Source of the DNA: a virus
IMG/VR virus record: IMGVR_UViG_3300036670_000209
Location: 1 to 64,000 of that record
Strand: one strand, 5' to 3'
Length of the DNA stretch: 64,000 nt
The position numbers and the translations under genes were made by a program. The notes below the pieces were generated by a model. That model made no database searches. It was not told the DNA's origin and saw nothing but the letters and a program-made list of their open reading frames with translations. Of this stretch, positions 1-9,206 are shown in pieces (the stretch's first letter is position 1; each line of letters begins with the position of its first letter).

Positions 1-323
1 ACCGTGCGTAGCTCACGAGTGCGTTCCAGTGTGTATTTAAATTGTGACACGTATTCATCAGTTTCCACAAACAGTGTCTGGGCCTGCTGCTGAATCTGCT
101 GATCCACAGTGGATGAAATTCTACTGATAATATCAGATACCTCCCGGGCACTGGCATCCAGTACCATCAGCCGATTACTGATATTGCTCAAACCAAATTC
201 ATCCGTCAAATCAGTGAAGGGTAATAATTCATCCTCTGCGGCACGTGTCAAAGAAAATACCGGCGACAGATCAAATACACCTGGTAGTGCATTTTTCAAT
301 GCAGTTAGTTGTCGTAGTTTCAT
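1..323 (-). CDS. Hypothetical protein, 5' part (runs off window), directly downstream of DNA polymerase
   Basis: ATG at 323, 1 nt after the polymerase stop; open frame MKLRQLTALKNALPGVFDLSP... to the window edge. Confidence 0.7.
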   Translation of the reverse strand, partial: MKLRQLTALKNALPGVFDLSPVFSLTRAAEDELLPFTDLTDEFGLSNISNRLMVLDASAREVSDIISRISSTVDQQIQQQAQTLFVETDEYVSQFKYTLERTRELRT

Positions 324-324
324 A

Positions 325-3048
325 TTATTCAAAAGTAAATAAAGATTGATATGTTGTTTTCACATCAGTGAGCTCAGTGAGACGCCAGTTCAACACTCCC
401 AACAGATTTTCTACTTTCTGATTCACGATAGTCATTTCCATGAGGTCATTATCAAAAGGCAAATCCTTGAACCACTGGGGGACCTGTGTGGTATCTGTGG
501 GATAGCCCACACTGGTGAAACCAATGGGATTGGGCTTGAGTTTGCACACAATGGTTTTCATACCATCAGTGATGGAGGTACTGTACATGTCACCGTAGAT
601 ACGTTTAAGGTTATTCCAGTTCATGGCTGCTCGCACATGTCCTGGCATGTTGGCCCGACCTTTTTTACTGTTGGCCTCCTCAGCAGCGTATTTGGTAAGA
701 TTGTTCACACGCTTGGGTGTACCTTTTTCCCAGGCTGGCAGATCAGCAAACCATTGTTTAAAATCCCTGACCTTGTCCACGATCACATCCTTGTCCACAC
801 CAGTGAGTGCATCAGTGAGAATCTTACTCAGGAATTCCTGCACTACCTTGGGGGTGTCGCTGCGTTTAAGATCCAGCCCCATGGCCTTGAGTTTACCCAC
901 CCCAGGTATTACCTTTTTCTTAGCAGCTTTTTCGTCATCATACTGATCCAGTCGCTCTCCTTCGGAGTCATATATCAGTACTGCATATCGCTTCTTGGTA
1001 ATAAACAGACCCTTGATGGCAATCAACTCCCTGCCACCCTGGATAATGGCGCCCATGTCCCTGGGCACATGACACGCACGCTCCATGAATCCTGGGAAAC
1101 TAGCATTTACGTCGTCTGCAATTTTGTCATACAGTTGCACACAAATATCCTTGTTCCATTCCATGGTACCAGCAGCCACTTCGTCACGGATCATGGGCCA
1201 GGCACTAAAATACACGGAATCGGTATCACCATATATCACACTCTGACCCAAATGATTATATTCTCCAGTGATGGCTTGGTTTACAGTGGCATCCATGTGC
1301 CGGGCGATGATCCTGCCCATGAGTGTGGTACTCTGCCCAATACGATGGTCAAAATACCGGCAGCCTGGATTCAGGATAGCACCGTACAAGCTATTTAAAT
1401 TAATCTTCTTGACCAGCTGACGTTTATCCCAGTATTCAATATCCCCGGGGGTAACTGCTGCCTTTTTCTTGGCCTGCATCTCTGTGCGTTCAGCGTACCA
1501 TCTTTCCAGCAATGCTGGGATAATACCCTTCTGGTCGTATTTGAATATGGTTCCATTTGCACTGAGCACCCAGGGCTGATCACCTTCAAATATCAGACTC
1601 CAAACCTCAGCCGCTGGCAGCGTTGAACTACCGCCGCGCTCCCAGTCAATTATGATATCAGTACTATCACCATTCATTACCGCAGTGTATTCCATGCTGC
1701 CAAACAACCCCTCCCAGGCTTCCGCAAATCCTGCCCCCAGAACTCGCTTGCCATTGACTATTTTATTTTCCCTTTTGTTGGAAATATAAGCGTCGGTCAT
1801 CACTGGTCTAAGCTGTCCCACAATGGTCTCTGGGCCCATGTTGAGCGCACGAATAGCCGAGGGATAGAGCGATTTGATGTCAATAGCTCCAATGTATTCA
1901 TGCATTCCTTTTTGTGGGTAAGCAACATAGGCACCTGCGGCTTGCGCTTCCTGCTGATCATCTCTGTTGGGTTTATTTGGTACAATTAGGCCTCTATGGT
2001 GTGCATCGTTGGTAATGGCTTGTTCAGTGACCGCCACTGCGCCCATGGTTGTGGCCAGCAGTACGGTATTATCATGTGCCAGCTCATTGGCCAGATCCAA
2101 AAAGCGAAGTTTTTTATCCAGCCTGCCCAGCAGTGCTGTATCCTGACGATTGTATTCAATAAACTTGGGAAAGTCACGATTGTACAACTGATCCAGGGTA
2201 CCAGAATACGGAGTTTTATGCTCTGATAATTCATACTCTGCAATGGCATCCAGGCTGTAGCTGTGCCGTTCTTCATAGGTGTACTTGCGATATAATTGCA
2301 TGTAGTCCAAATGCACCCGACCAATCAGATCATATGTAATTTGGGTTGCCCCAAACCGTTCAAATTCTCTCATCTTGGGCAGCTGATTCCACAAACAAAA
2401 TTTTCTTGTATCGTTTTTGCTCAGTGTACGAGTCATACGATTCACCAGGTAGGGTATGTCATAGCCCTCACTGTTCCAACCACTGAGAATGTCTGCATCA
2501 TCAATCAGATCCAGGAAAGTCAGCAACATGTCATTTTCGTTGTCAAACAAATAACAATCATCAAATCCTGCACATATTTCCTGTGCAGACTCCCAGCTGT
2601 AGCTCTTGGGCGGCAACACCAGCGTAACCAGACGATCCAGCCAGTCCATGTATATGGAGATGGCTGTGACCTTGTTGAATGGGTCAGTGGTGGGACTGTA
2701 TCCCAGTTCTGGGTGGAAGTCCACCTCAATATCGAAAAATGCAGTCTGTAACTTGGGGCTGGGTCGTCCTATGTAGTTTTCTTCCAGGCAGCGAAACACT
2801 GGCTTGAAGTCACTTTCCCACAGCTTGCTCTTGTCATGCATACGAACTTCCTTCTGGAACTCCTTGCCACTGCGAGTGCTGAATCTACTCACAGGTGTGT
2901 CGTATATGGTACGAAACTTTCCCTTGGGGTCGTCAAAGTAAAAAGTGTAGTTCACTGGGTACTCTGTGTATACCCGTTTACCATCAACTCGTTCCACCAC
3001 ATGGATACGGTCCTTGGTTCTATCTAATAATGCATCAACATAACTCAT
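325..3048 (-). CDS. Family B DNA polymerase (T4 gp43-like) with 3'-5' exonuclease
   Basis: FDIEV (ExoI), GWNSEGYDIPY (ExoII), YNRQD (ExoIII), DIKSLYPS, KINLNSLYG, YGDTDS, KKRY motifs. Confidence 0.97.
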   Translation of the reverse strand: MSYVDALLDRTKDRIHVVERVDGKRVYTEYPVNYTFYFDDPKGKFRTIYDTPVSRFSTRSGKEFQKEVRMHDKSKLWESDFKPVFRCLEENYIGRPSPKLQTAFFDIEVDFHPELGYSPTTDPFNKVTAISIYMDWLDRLVTLVLPPKSYSWESAQEICAGFDDCYLFDNENDMLLTFLDLIDDADILSGWNSEGYDIPYLVNRMTRTLSKNDTRKFCLWNQLPKMREFERFGATQITYDLIGRVHLDYMQLYRKYTYEERHSYSLDAIAEYELSEHKTPYSGTLDQLYNRDFPKFIEYNRQDTALLGRLDKKLRFLDLANELAHDNTVLLATTMGAVAVTEQAITNDAHHRGLIVPNKPNRDDQQEAQAAGAYVAYPQKGMHEYIGAIDIKSLYPSAIRALNMGPETIVGQLRPVMTDAYISNKRENKIVNGKRVLGAGFAEAWEGLFGSMEYTAVMNGDSTDIIIDWERGGSSTLPAAEVWSLIFEGDQPWVLSANGTIFKYDQKGIIPALLERWYAERTEMQAKKKAAVTPGDIEYWDKRQLVKKINLNSLYGAILNPGCRYFDHRIGQSTTLMGRIIARHMDATVNQAITGEYNHLGQSVIYGDTDSVYFSAWPMIRDEVAAGTMEWNKDICVQLYDKIADDVNASFPGFMERACHVPRDMGAIIQGGRELIAIKGLFITKKRYAVLIYDSEGERLDQYDDEKAAKKKVIPGVGKLKAMGLDLKRSDTPKVVQEFLSKILTDALTGVDKDVIVDKVRDFKQWFADLPAWEKGTPKRVNNLTKYAAEEANSKKGRANMPGHVRAAMNWNNLKRIYGDMYSTSITDGMKTIVCKLKPNPIGFTSVGYPTDTTQVPQWFKDLPFDNDLMEMTIVNQKVENLLGVLNWRLTELTDVKTTYQSLFTFE

Positions 3049-3052
3049 AAAT

Positions 3053-3075
3053 TCTCCTAGCGGCTTATGGCCCGC
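3053..3075 (-). promoter_or_regulatory. Stem-loop abutting the polymerase Shine-Dalgarno; candidate translational operator
   Basis: Minus strand GCGGGC-CATAA-GCCGC followed by TAGGAGA and ATG. Confidence 0.4.
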
Positions 3076-3084
3076 GTGCCGTGA

Positions 3085-3384
3085 TTAATTTGACAATTGA
3101 AGTACTAACCGTATGTATGCAAACACATCAATGGTGACCATAAGAGTATAGTTACATACCATACCAAAGCTCTTACGAGTCCAAGCAGCCCATCCAAATA
3201 TCATACACTGTGACATAAACAGGGGATATAGTATGATGAACGGCGGGTGCGGTAAGGTGAGTGCCATGGTAACGGCACATCCTATGCTGGCTGCCCAGGC
3301 AATCAGTTCCATCACAAATCTAAAAGGCCAGGTGGCATAATCCGCCAGTGCCCATTTGTATATATTACCGATCGCAGCCAACAT
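3085..3384 (-). CDS. Small membrane protein (about 3 TM)
   Basis: Hydrophobic 99-aa ORF coupled to neighbours. Confidence 0.7.
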   Translation of the reverse strand: MLAAIGNIYKWALADYATWPFRFVMELIAWAASIGCAVTMALTLPHPPFIILYPLFMSQCMIFGWAAWTRKSFGMVCNYTLMVTIDVFAYIRLVLQLSN

Positions 3385-3674
3385 TATAGAGTTTTACCCA
3401 CTGTTTCCAGGATGGTATTCAGCTCGTCGTGGTCTCGATTGGTTTCACCCAGTTTGGCCTTCTGTGCAATTTTAACTGCACGCTTGAGCAAGGCTGGTTT
3501 AATTTCCAACTCTTCTGCGATGCTTTTGATTGTATCATTGAGCCCTGCGCTGAGGTCTTCAATCTCCCTGAGCACTCGATTGCTATCATTGAACAATTGC
3601 ATCAATTTAATTTTAGCAGCACCGTTGAATGTGCGATTTGCACCTGGGTCATTAGGGGTTTCCTGATCTGTCAT
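3384..3674 (-). CDS. dsDNA-binding protein, T4 DsbA/GapR-like
   Basis: Helical pattern REIEDL..LNDTIKSIAEELEIKPALLKRAVKIA; AGGAG RBS. Confidence 0.55.
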   Translation of the reverse strand: MTDQETPNDPGANRTFNGAAKIKLMQLFNDSNRVLREIEDLSAGLNDTIKSIAEELEIKPALLKRAVKIAQKAKLGETNRDHDELNTILETVGKTL

Positions 3675-3749
3675 ATTAGCTCCTGTGTGTAGTAGTATAT
3701 TATAACAGATATCCGTCAGCGGTGCAAGAGCAATGAGCAGATGTACGAA

Positions 3750-3855
3750 AAATAGTGCTCACTTTTAAGATTCCAGGATTCCCGGCCCGGCCGTCTCGGG
3801 GCAGCAGCCGCCCCACACAAGTAACCACGAAGGTACTAAGGTAGTGTGTTGGTTA
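3750..3855 (-). ncRNA. Candidate structured non-coding RNA of unknown family
   Basis: ORF-free, GC-rich intergenic stretch with hairpin GGGGCGG-CUG-CUGCCCC, just downstream of a TAAATA motif at 3862-3867. Confidence 0.4.
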
Positions 3856-3873
3856 ATATAATATTTATGATAC

Positions 3874-3975
3874 TCACCCTGGGCTGTATGGATTCTTGGG
3901 AGTATCGTATCCATCAGGTTCAGGGTACACTGGGTATTGATTTCCTGGGATGGGTTCTGGTGTGGTCTCGCTCAT
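3874..3975 (-). CDS. 33-aa Pro/Tyr-rich peptide MSETTPEPIPGNQYPVYPEPDGYDTPKNPYSPG
   Basis: AGGAG RBS and TAAATA motif upstream; below ORF-track cutoff. Confidence 0.65.
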   Translation of the reverse strand: MSETTPEPIPGNQYPVYPEPDGYDTPKNPYSPG

Positions 3976-3993
3976 GGTATACTCCTGGTCAGA

Positions 3994-4410
3994 TTATTTA
4001 TCAAAGTCGCTGGGGGCGCTCTGTGCATATAGTCGCATGATCACCCCGGCCTGTGCGTTGGCCTGATTTTCCTCGTCACTGCCAGTTTCGCCACTATCCT
4101 GGTCCAGCTGGTTATTCTCTCGCTGGGACCAGTGTACCAGCTCATGTGCCAGAGTGCGCAGTATATCCACTGGATGCCGGTCTGCCACGGCCACTGATAT
4201 GGCCTGCTGCTGGTCATCGTAGCAACCAAATGATGGTTGACTTCCATGATCATTGGGCATGCGCAAAACTGGCCGGATTTTGGGTATGCTGGTCAGTTGC
4301 AATTCACCAATCGCTATGGGTAGCATGTGCTTGATGGCGCTGAGCACACTGGTCAGGTGCTGTTCATGCTCAGTGGTCACCGATTCGCGTATGATCTCAC
4401 TGGATTTCAT
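3994..4410 (-). CDS. HEXXH metallopeptidase-like protein, putative internal virion protein
   Basis: TLAHELVH plus downstream ENQAN; N-terminus MKSSEIIRE. Confidence 0.65.
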   Translation of the reverse strand: MKSSEIIRESVTTEHEQHLTSVLSAIKHMLPIAIGELQLTSIPKIRPVLRMPNDHGSQPSFGCYDDQQQAISVAVADRHPVDILRTLAHELVHWSQRENNQLDQDSGETGSDEENQANAQAGVIMRLYAQSAPSDFDK

Positions 4411-5510
4411 TTTTTATGTGCCGTTGACACTTTCATGTCATCCTTCTTGGTCACTGGCTGTGCCATGTGGTCCACGTATGGTTTCATGGGGGTATCAATG
4501 GCACCTGGTGTGCGTCGCTGACTGGCAGCAGTGCGGCCAGTCTTGGGAACTGGTGCATAGCGGTTGATGGCCTGATTCACTGACGGCATCTTGGGAGACA
4601 TCTTGGTGGAGGATTCCAGCAGCTGATTCAATTGAGTCATGCCCTGCTCAATCAGCTGACCAAATTGCTCCACGCTCTCACAGTTCCATTTTCTCAGTGC
4701 CAGTGCCTTGCGGGTGGGATCGCCATTGGGCTTTTTCATGGGGCCCTTGTTGCCACCCATTCTGGCACAGAAACTTTTACGACGGCCTGCTGCTTTGCTA
4801 CCTGCTTTGAGTTTGCTGGGCGGTGTGGTCACGGCCTTTTGCAGCTTGCTACCTGGATTGGCTGCACGATAGCTGGCCACTCCCCGATCATTCAATCCGC
4901 CGTTCTTATTCTTACCCTCCTTGCGTTTCCAGGCCTCTGCCTCTGAGATCACGCCACTGGCATCATTGATCATGTCACGCAATCTGGCAACCATGGACTC
5001 TGACATCTGCTGTGGCTCGCGGGACTGGGCACGCGAAATTCCTCGATTACGCCGATCCAGCACTCGCCCAGCAATGTCCTGGTACTCGCCCTGAGTGGCA
5101 TATTTTTTAGCCTGCTGTGCCTGTTCTCTAGCACGTGATCCATAGGACTTGAGTGTTTGTTGCGACAGCTCGTTTAAATCTTCATCAGAAGTCTGATCCC
5201 GCCAGTGTGCATTTTCTTCTAGACCAGCAGTGATCTGCTGCTTGAGTGCCCTGATACTGGATAACTGCTGTTTCACACGATCCATCAGCTGATGATTGCC
5301 GGTATCTGCTGCCTGCTGGCACATATCGCCCAGTTTCCCTAGCAATTGTGCCAGTGCTTGCAACTGCTCCTGGTCTGGCGCACATTGCTCCTGCATGGCA
5401 CCTGGCCGTCCATCCTGTGTTTCGGTGGTAACACCGGGCTGCACCGCTGCAAGATTATTTGCCACCGCGGTGTATGCCTCCTGGAGTCTGGTGAAATCAT
5501 TGATAAACAT
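4407..5510 (-). CDS. Modular putative internal head protein with basic DUF6321-like domain
   Basis: AWKRKEGKNKNGGLN..SYRAANPGSKL..RRKSFCARM..ALRKWNC module; several L/I-x-E sites. Confidence 0.6.
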   Translation of the reverse strand: MFINDFTRLQEAYTAVANNLAAVQPGVTTETQDGRPGAMQEQCAPDQEQLQALAQLLGKLGDMCQQAADTGNHQLMDRVKQQLSSIRALKQQITAGLEENAHWRDQTSDEDLNELSQQTLKSYGSRAREQAQQAKKYATQGEYQDIAGRVLDRRNRGISRAQSREPQQMSESMVARLRDMINDASGVISEAEAWKRKEGKNKNGGLNDRGVASYRAANPGSKLQKAVTTPPSKLKAGSKAAGRRKSFCARMGGNKGPMKKPNGDPTRKALALRKWNCESVEQFGQLIEQGMTQLNQLLESSTKMSPKMPSVNQAINRYAPVPKTGRTAASQRRTPGAIDTPMKPYVDHMAQPVTKKDDMKVSTAHKK

Positions 5511-6766
5511 TATTGGGTCTTTCCTGCTTGCTTTAATAGTGTATTTAGCTGAGGTGCCAGCTGTGGATTACTCAGCGCCTTGGCCACCATGCCATTCAGC
5601 GGTGCAGTGGCAGCCGCGTCAGCATCGGTACTGGTTGCCCCAGGAGTACTGGCTGCTTGCAATGACTTTTGTGCCTGGGCGGGGTCAATATTTGCACCAG
5701 CCGCCTTGAGTCCAGACAGACTACTTTTTAGTGTGTTCTGAGCCTGTGTGGTTTGCTGTGTGGTGGCAGTGACTTGTTTACCAGTGGCTGGCGTAGCAGT
5801 GGATGCACCGGGATTCATTTTCTGATTGGCAGTGGGTACTGACGCTGGCATGGCCTCTGCCACCTGTGCATCCTTGACCAGTCTCAGTGATTGGCCAGGC
5901 ATGTTGTCAGACTGCACACCGTTGTCCAGGTCCACATTGTAGGATTTTGGTGCGCTGGCGTGTGCCCCACGCAGTACTTCCCTGATCCAGCCCAGTTGTC
6001 CGGCATTGGGCCCCTGCACCACGCGCACCCGTTTCTTTAATCCCTTGGCCTCCTCCACCTGACTGGGCACGCAATTGGGTACCTGTCGACCGCCTTTGTT
6101 TTTTGTCCCCAGCTGTCGATAGCCCTTCCAGCAAGCCTCATCCAGGGATTTACTTTTTAGTGCCTGATGCAGTGCATGCTGAAATATGCTCATGAGATCA
6201 TCAGCGGCACCATCACCCCACTCTATGCTTTTGGATAGTGCTCTGGGGCCGTCTGTGCGTATCTGTTGTAGAATATGGTGTATCATCTCACGGGTCACAT
6301 GTGGTAATCCCTCTGGTTCACCTTCTGCCTCGTCCATGCTGTGCTGATCAGTGACAATTTTATCATAATCTGCCATGGTCAGGGTACCCTGGTCACTGAG
6401 TGCAATCAAACGCTCGGTGATATCATGCAGTTCCATATCAGTTTTGGCATCCTCTCTGGCATATTCAAACATGCGTATCAGCAGTGGAATATCCATGCTC
6501 ACTGAATCAGTGCCAGCAGTGCCCTCGCCAAACCGATCGTACTGCTCACTGAGTGACCATTCAATACCCTGCTTCCTGGCATGCTGATCCAGCTCAGCCA
6601 TAAAACTACCAGTGTAGCTTTCTACCAAACGTCGCTGGCCGCCTGGTGCCCCAGAGGGCACTGCTCTTTGCAGCGGCGTGGCGGTCTGATTTTTTTGTTT
6701 CACTGGGGTCTGGTTAGCCTGGATGGAATCCAGGCTGGCCAGTAGTTTACGCATGTTAGACATCAA
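5510..6766 (-). CDS. Modular putative internal head protein
   Basis: Modules separated by LVE/MDE/LDE/VEE/VAE; ACWKGY..GTK.K.GRQVPNCVP module. Confidence 0.55.
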   Translation of the reverse strand: MMSNMRKLLASLDSIQANQTPVKQKNQTATPLQRAVPSGAPGGQRRLVESYTGSFMAELDQHARKQGIEWSLSEQYDRFGEGTAGTDSVSMDIPLLIRMFEYAREDAKTDMELHDITERLIALSDQGTLTMADYDKIVTDQHSMDEAEGEPEGLPHVTREMIHHILQQIRTDGPRALSKSIEWGDGAADDLMSIFQHALHQALKSKSLDEACWKGYRQLGTKNKGGRQVPNCVPSQVEEAKGLKKRVRVVQGPNAGQLGWIREVLRGAHASAPKSYNVDLDNGVQSDNMPGQSLRLVKDAQVAEAMPASVPTANQKMNPGASTATPATGKQVTATTQQTTQAQNTLKSSLSGLKAAGANIDPAQAQKSLQAASTPGATSTDADAAATAPLNGMVAKALSNPQLAPQLNTLLKQAGKTQ

Positions 6767-8907
6767 TATATTCCTTTACCCAGTTTAATTTTCTTCGGTA
6801 ACACTCGATTGCTCACTGATTTGGGTACACCAGTACCTGGTTTGTTGTGCTGGCCGCCCTGGGCGACGCCAGTGGCAACGGCACCACCAGCAGTTCCGCC
6901 AGCACTGGCACTCTCACTAAACTTGCGTACACCATAACCCAGACCCAAATACTGATGCTGTGATCGGGTTAGCTGTTTCATATAATGTTTGGCACATGCG
7001 CTGGCCTCTGCCAGGTTGTCAAACACACGCACTGGCTGTTGGCTGTCTCTGGCGCCCAGGCTGCTGCCTTCACGGAACACACCGTATCGCAAATTGGTTA
7101 GTCTAGACTCAGTCTGCAGACCATTTAAATTTCCACCAGTACCATTGAGCATACCTCCTTGGCCTGGGTCCCCATGCCAGGCATCACCCCCAGTGTCATC
7201 CTCGGCCATGCCCAGTACCTTGTTGCCCTGAGCGTCCAGTCCCCGGGGTACCGGCATACCTGCCACACCACCAGTTTGTGTAATCAGTGGTGCTCCATTT
7301 TCGGTTTCAGCCACCGGCTGAGCCACATGCACTGTTTTGTATGCACCAGTGCGGGTGTTCCTCAGTTGCACATGCCGTCCCGGCACAGGATCTGACTGCG
7401 ATTCCCAGGTTCCGTCGCGAAATAATTTGTTTAGCTGCTCCAGTGAGTAGGATTTATATCCGTAACTATTGGTTGCCTCTGACATGCCCCGATTACCAAT
7501 CTTATCCGCGGCTACTTTTCGGGATGCTGTTCGTTGGTCATCATTTTGTTTTTTCTTGTTTGCCAACCTTTGCGCTAATACTGCGGATTGTTTATCTTGC
7601 TGAGACCTGGGCAGCTTGCCTGTGTTGGTCTTGAATGAATTCTCCAATACACCATCACCTATTACACCTGCCTCTTTTCGCTCTGGCCAACCCCTACCCT
7701 GCTCCCGCCCCATTCGTTTCATTTGTGCAATATATTCAGGGTCTTTTTGTAGTTTTGCAAATGCTTCATCCGGATCATACCACTTGCCTGTTTTACGGTC
7801 TTGCACTTGTTTCTTCTCGCTCTCCGTCATACCTTGCCCAGCATGTTTTTCAGCCGACGCTTCATTGTCAAATACCGAGATATTTCCGTTATGATCACAT
7901 GCTTGATATCTAACTTGTTTTGTGTGTCGGTTCCGGACTTTTCTAACAGTACCCCTCGCTGACAGATTAGTATGAGTGCGAACTTCGTCGTCAGTTGGAT
8001 CAGCACCCTCAGCCATACCTTGCTGACTATTTGAAGTCTGACCAGTAAACATCATAAATGCTTGTTTGGCTGTAATAGGCATACCGTTCTTTAGTTTGAT
8101 CTGATGCTTAGTTGCTTTGTCTTTGGGTAAATTGAATCCGTTGCCATTTTTACCCACTATTACGAAATAATAGTCACCTTCGTCTTTAATATCGGTAACG
8201 CGAGTAAAGCCACGAGAAGCCACGGTCATACCCGGATACTGTCCTCCACCCTTGACATATATTTCCGGAGCCGCAGGTTTATAATCATCCGGATAATGGC
8301 CATCGGTTCTTTCATCGTCAGGAGTTCTACCCTCAGTCACGTCTGGTTCAGATTTAACGGAATTATTTGCGTGTGTGAGCTCTGCTATCTGAGAGTATAC
8401 TGCTGACATCCTGGCGGCCAGTGCCATTTCTCTGGGACCCTGCTCGTGTCGGCCCCGGGCGCGACGCTGCTCTCTGGCCATGCCCAGTTGCCCCAGGATG
8501 GTGTCATATTTCCGTTGCAATGGGGCAATTTTATTATCAGTGCTGGTACTCTCTGCCATGCCAGGCGGCGATGATTTCCCCAGGGCAACATTATCTTCCA
8601 TGATTCCATTCATAAAGTCATCAGCCACGCCCGTATTAAATTCAGGCATCTGCTGATCAGACTGATCGCCGTGTTCCTGATTACACAACTGATCGCAGAC
8701 TGCGGCCACTGTGTCGCAGGACACTGACAGATGTTGGATCACTCCTTGTACCAGTGCTGGGTCCAGGCCCGGTAATGCTGAATGCAATTTTATGGCATTC
8801 TGGGCCAGTGTAAAACAGTGCTCACGGGCCACGTCAATCACATGTCCTAATTCCATGGCATGGGCGTCCTGTGCAATCCCCTCATTGATAAAATCTGATG
8901 GCTTCAT
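6763..8907 (-). CDS. Large modular putative internal head polyprotein
   Basis: MKPSDFINE N-terminus; five GM(A/T/S)E linkers between unrelated short modules. Confidence 0.55.
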   Translation of the reverse strand: MKPSDFINEGIAQDAHAMELGHVIDVAREHCFTLAQNAIKLHSALPGLDPALVQGVIQHLSVSCDTVAAVCDQLCNQEHGDQSDQQMPEFNTGVADDFMNGIMEDNVALGKSSPPGMAESTSTDNKIAPLQRKYDTILGQLGMAREQRRARGRHEQGPREMALAARMSAVYSQIAELTHANNSVKSEPDVTEGRTPDDERTDGHYPDDYKPAAPEIYVKGGGQYPGMTVASRGFTRVTDIKDEGDYYFVIVGKNGNGFNLPKDKATKHQIKLKNGMPITAKQAFMMFTGQTSNSQQGMAEGADPTDDEVRTHTNLSARGTVRKVRNRHTKQVRYQACDHNGNISVFDNEASAEKHAGQGMTESEKKQVQDRKTGKWYDPDEAFAKLQKDPEYIAQMKRMGREQGRGWPERKEAGVIGDGVLENSFKTNTGKLPRSQQDKQSAVLAQRLANKKKQNDDQRTASRKVAADKIGNRGMSEATNSYGYKSYSLEQLNKLFRDGTWESQSDPVPGRHVQLRNTRTGAYKTVHVAQPVAETENGAPLITQTGGVAGMPVPRGLDAQGNKVLGMAEDDTGGDAWHGDPGQGGMLNGTGGNLNGLQTESRLTNLRYGVFREGSSLGARDSQQPVRVFDNLAEASACAKHYMKQLTRSQHQYLGLGYGVRKFSESASAGGTAGGAVATGVAQGGQHNKPGTGVPKSVSNRVLPKKIKLGKGIY

Positions 8908-8930
8908 ATAAAAATCCTGTGTTGTTGTAT

Positions 8931-9206
8931 TTAGTAGAGGTTAAAGGTAGCAGCCGAAGGTTCACCGTCAATGGTTATGTTTTCCATGAAAAATGTACCA
9001 GCCACTGCACCACAATGTTGTATTTGTACCGTATGAACTCCTGGGGGCAATCTAACCTCCATGTGTTCGCATATATAGGCACGATCTGAGTCCCAGATGA
9101 ACCTGCGTTCAGTGAGTAGTTCTCCTGAAACTATTACCCGATAGCTGGGAGGATCCTGACCATCCCACTTGCACCATACATCCACGTCAATGCAGGTATG
9201 TTTCAT
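8931..9206 (-). CDS. Hypothetical beta-rich protein
   Basis: 91-aa ORF, ATGA overlap with upstream gene. Confidence 0.65.
   Translation of the reverse strand: MKHTCIDVDVWCKWDGQDPPSYRVIVSGELLTERRFIWDSDRAYICEHMEVRLPPGVHTVQIQHCGAVAGTFFMENITIDGEPSAATFNLY

Noticed and set aside
346-1398. 350-aa plus-strand ORF and similar long antisense ORFs over nadV, uvsE and nadM
   Set aside because: Antisense to well-supported genes, no recognisable motifs
325-3048. Intein or intron in the DNA polymerase; stop-codon recoding in the genome
   Set aside because: Continuous 907-aa frame with normally spaced motifs; known genes are full length in the standard code and TAA, TGA and TAG all act as stops
3770-3815. 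SRP RNA or twister-ribozyme resemblance (GCAGCAGCC; CUGCC...AAAAGUG)
   Set aside because: The SRP CAGG-GNRA-AGCAG geometry and the twister core could not be fitted; kept only as an unknown RNA candidate
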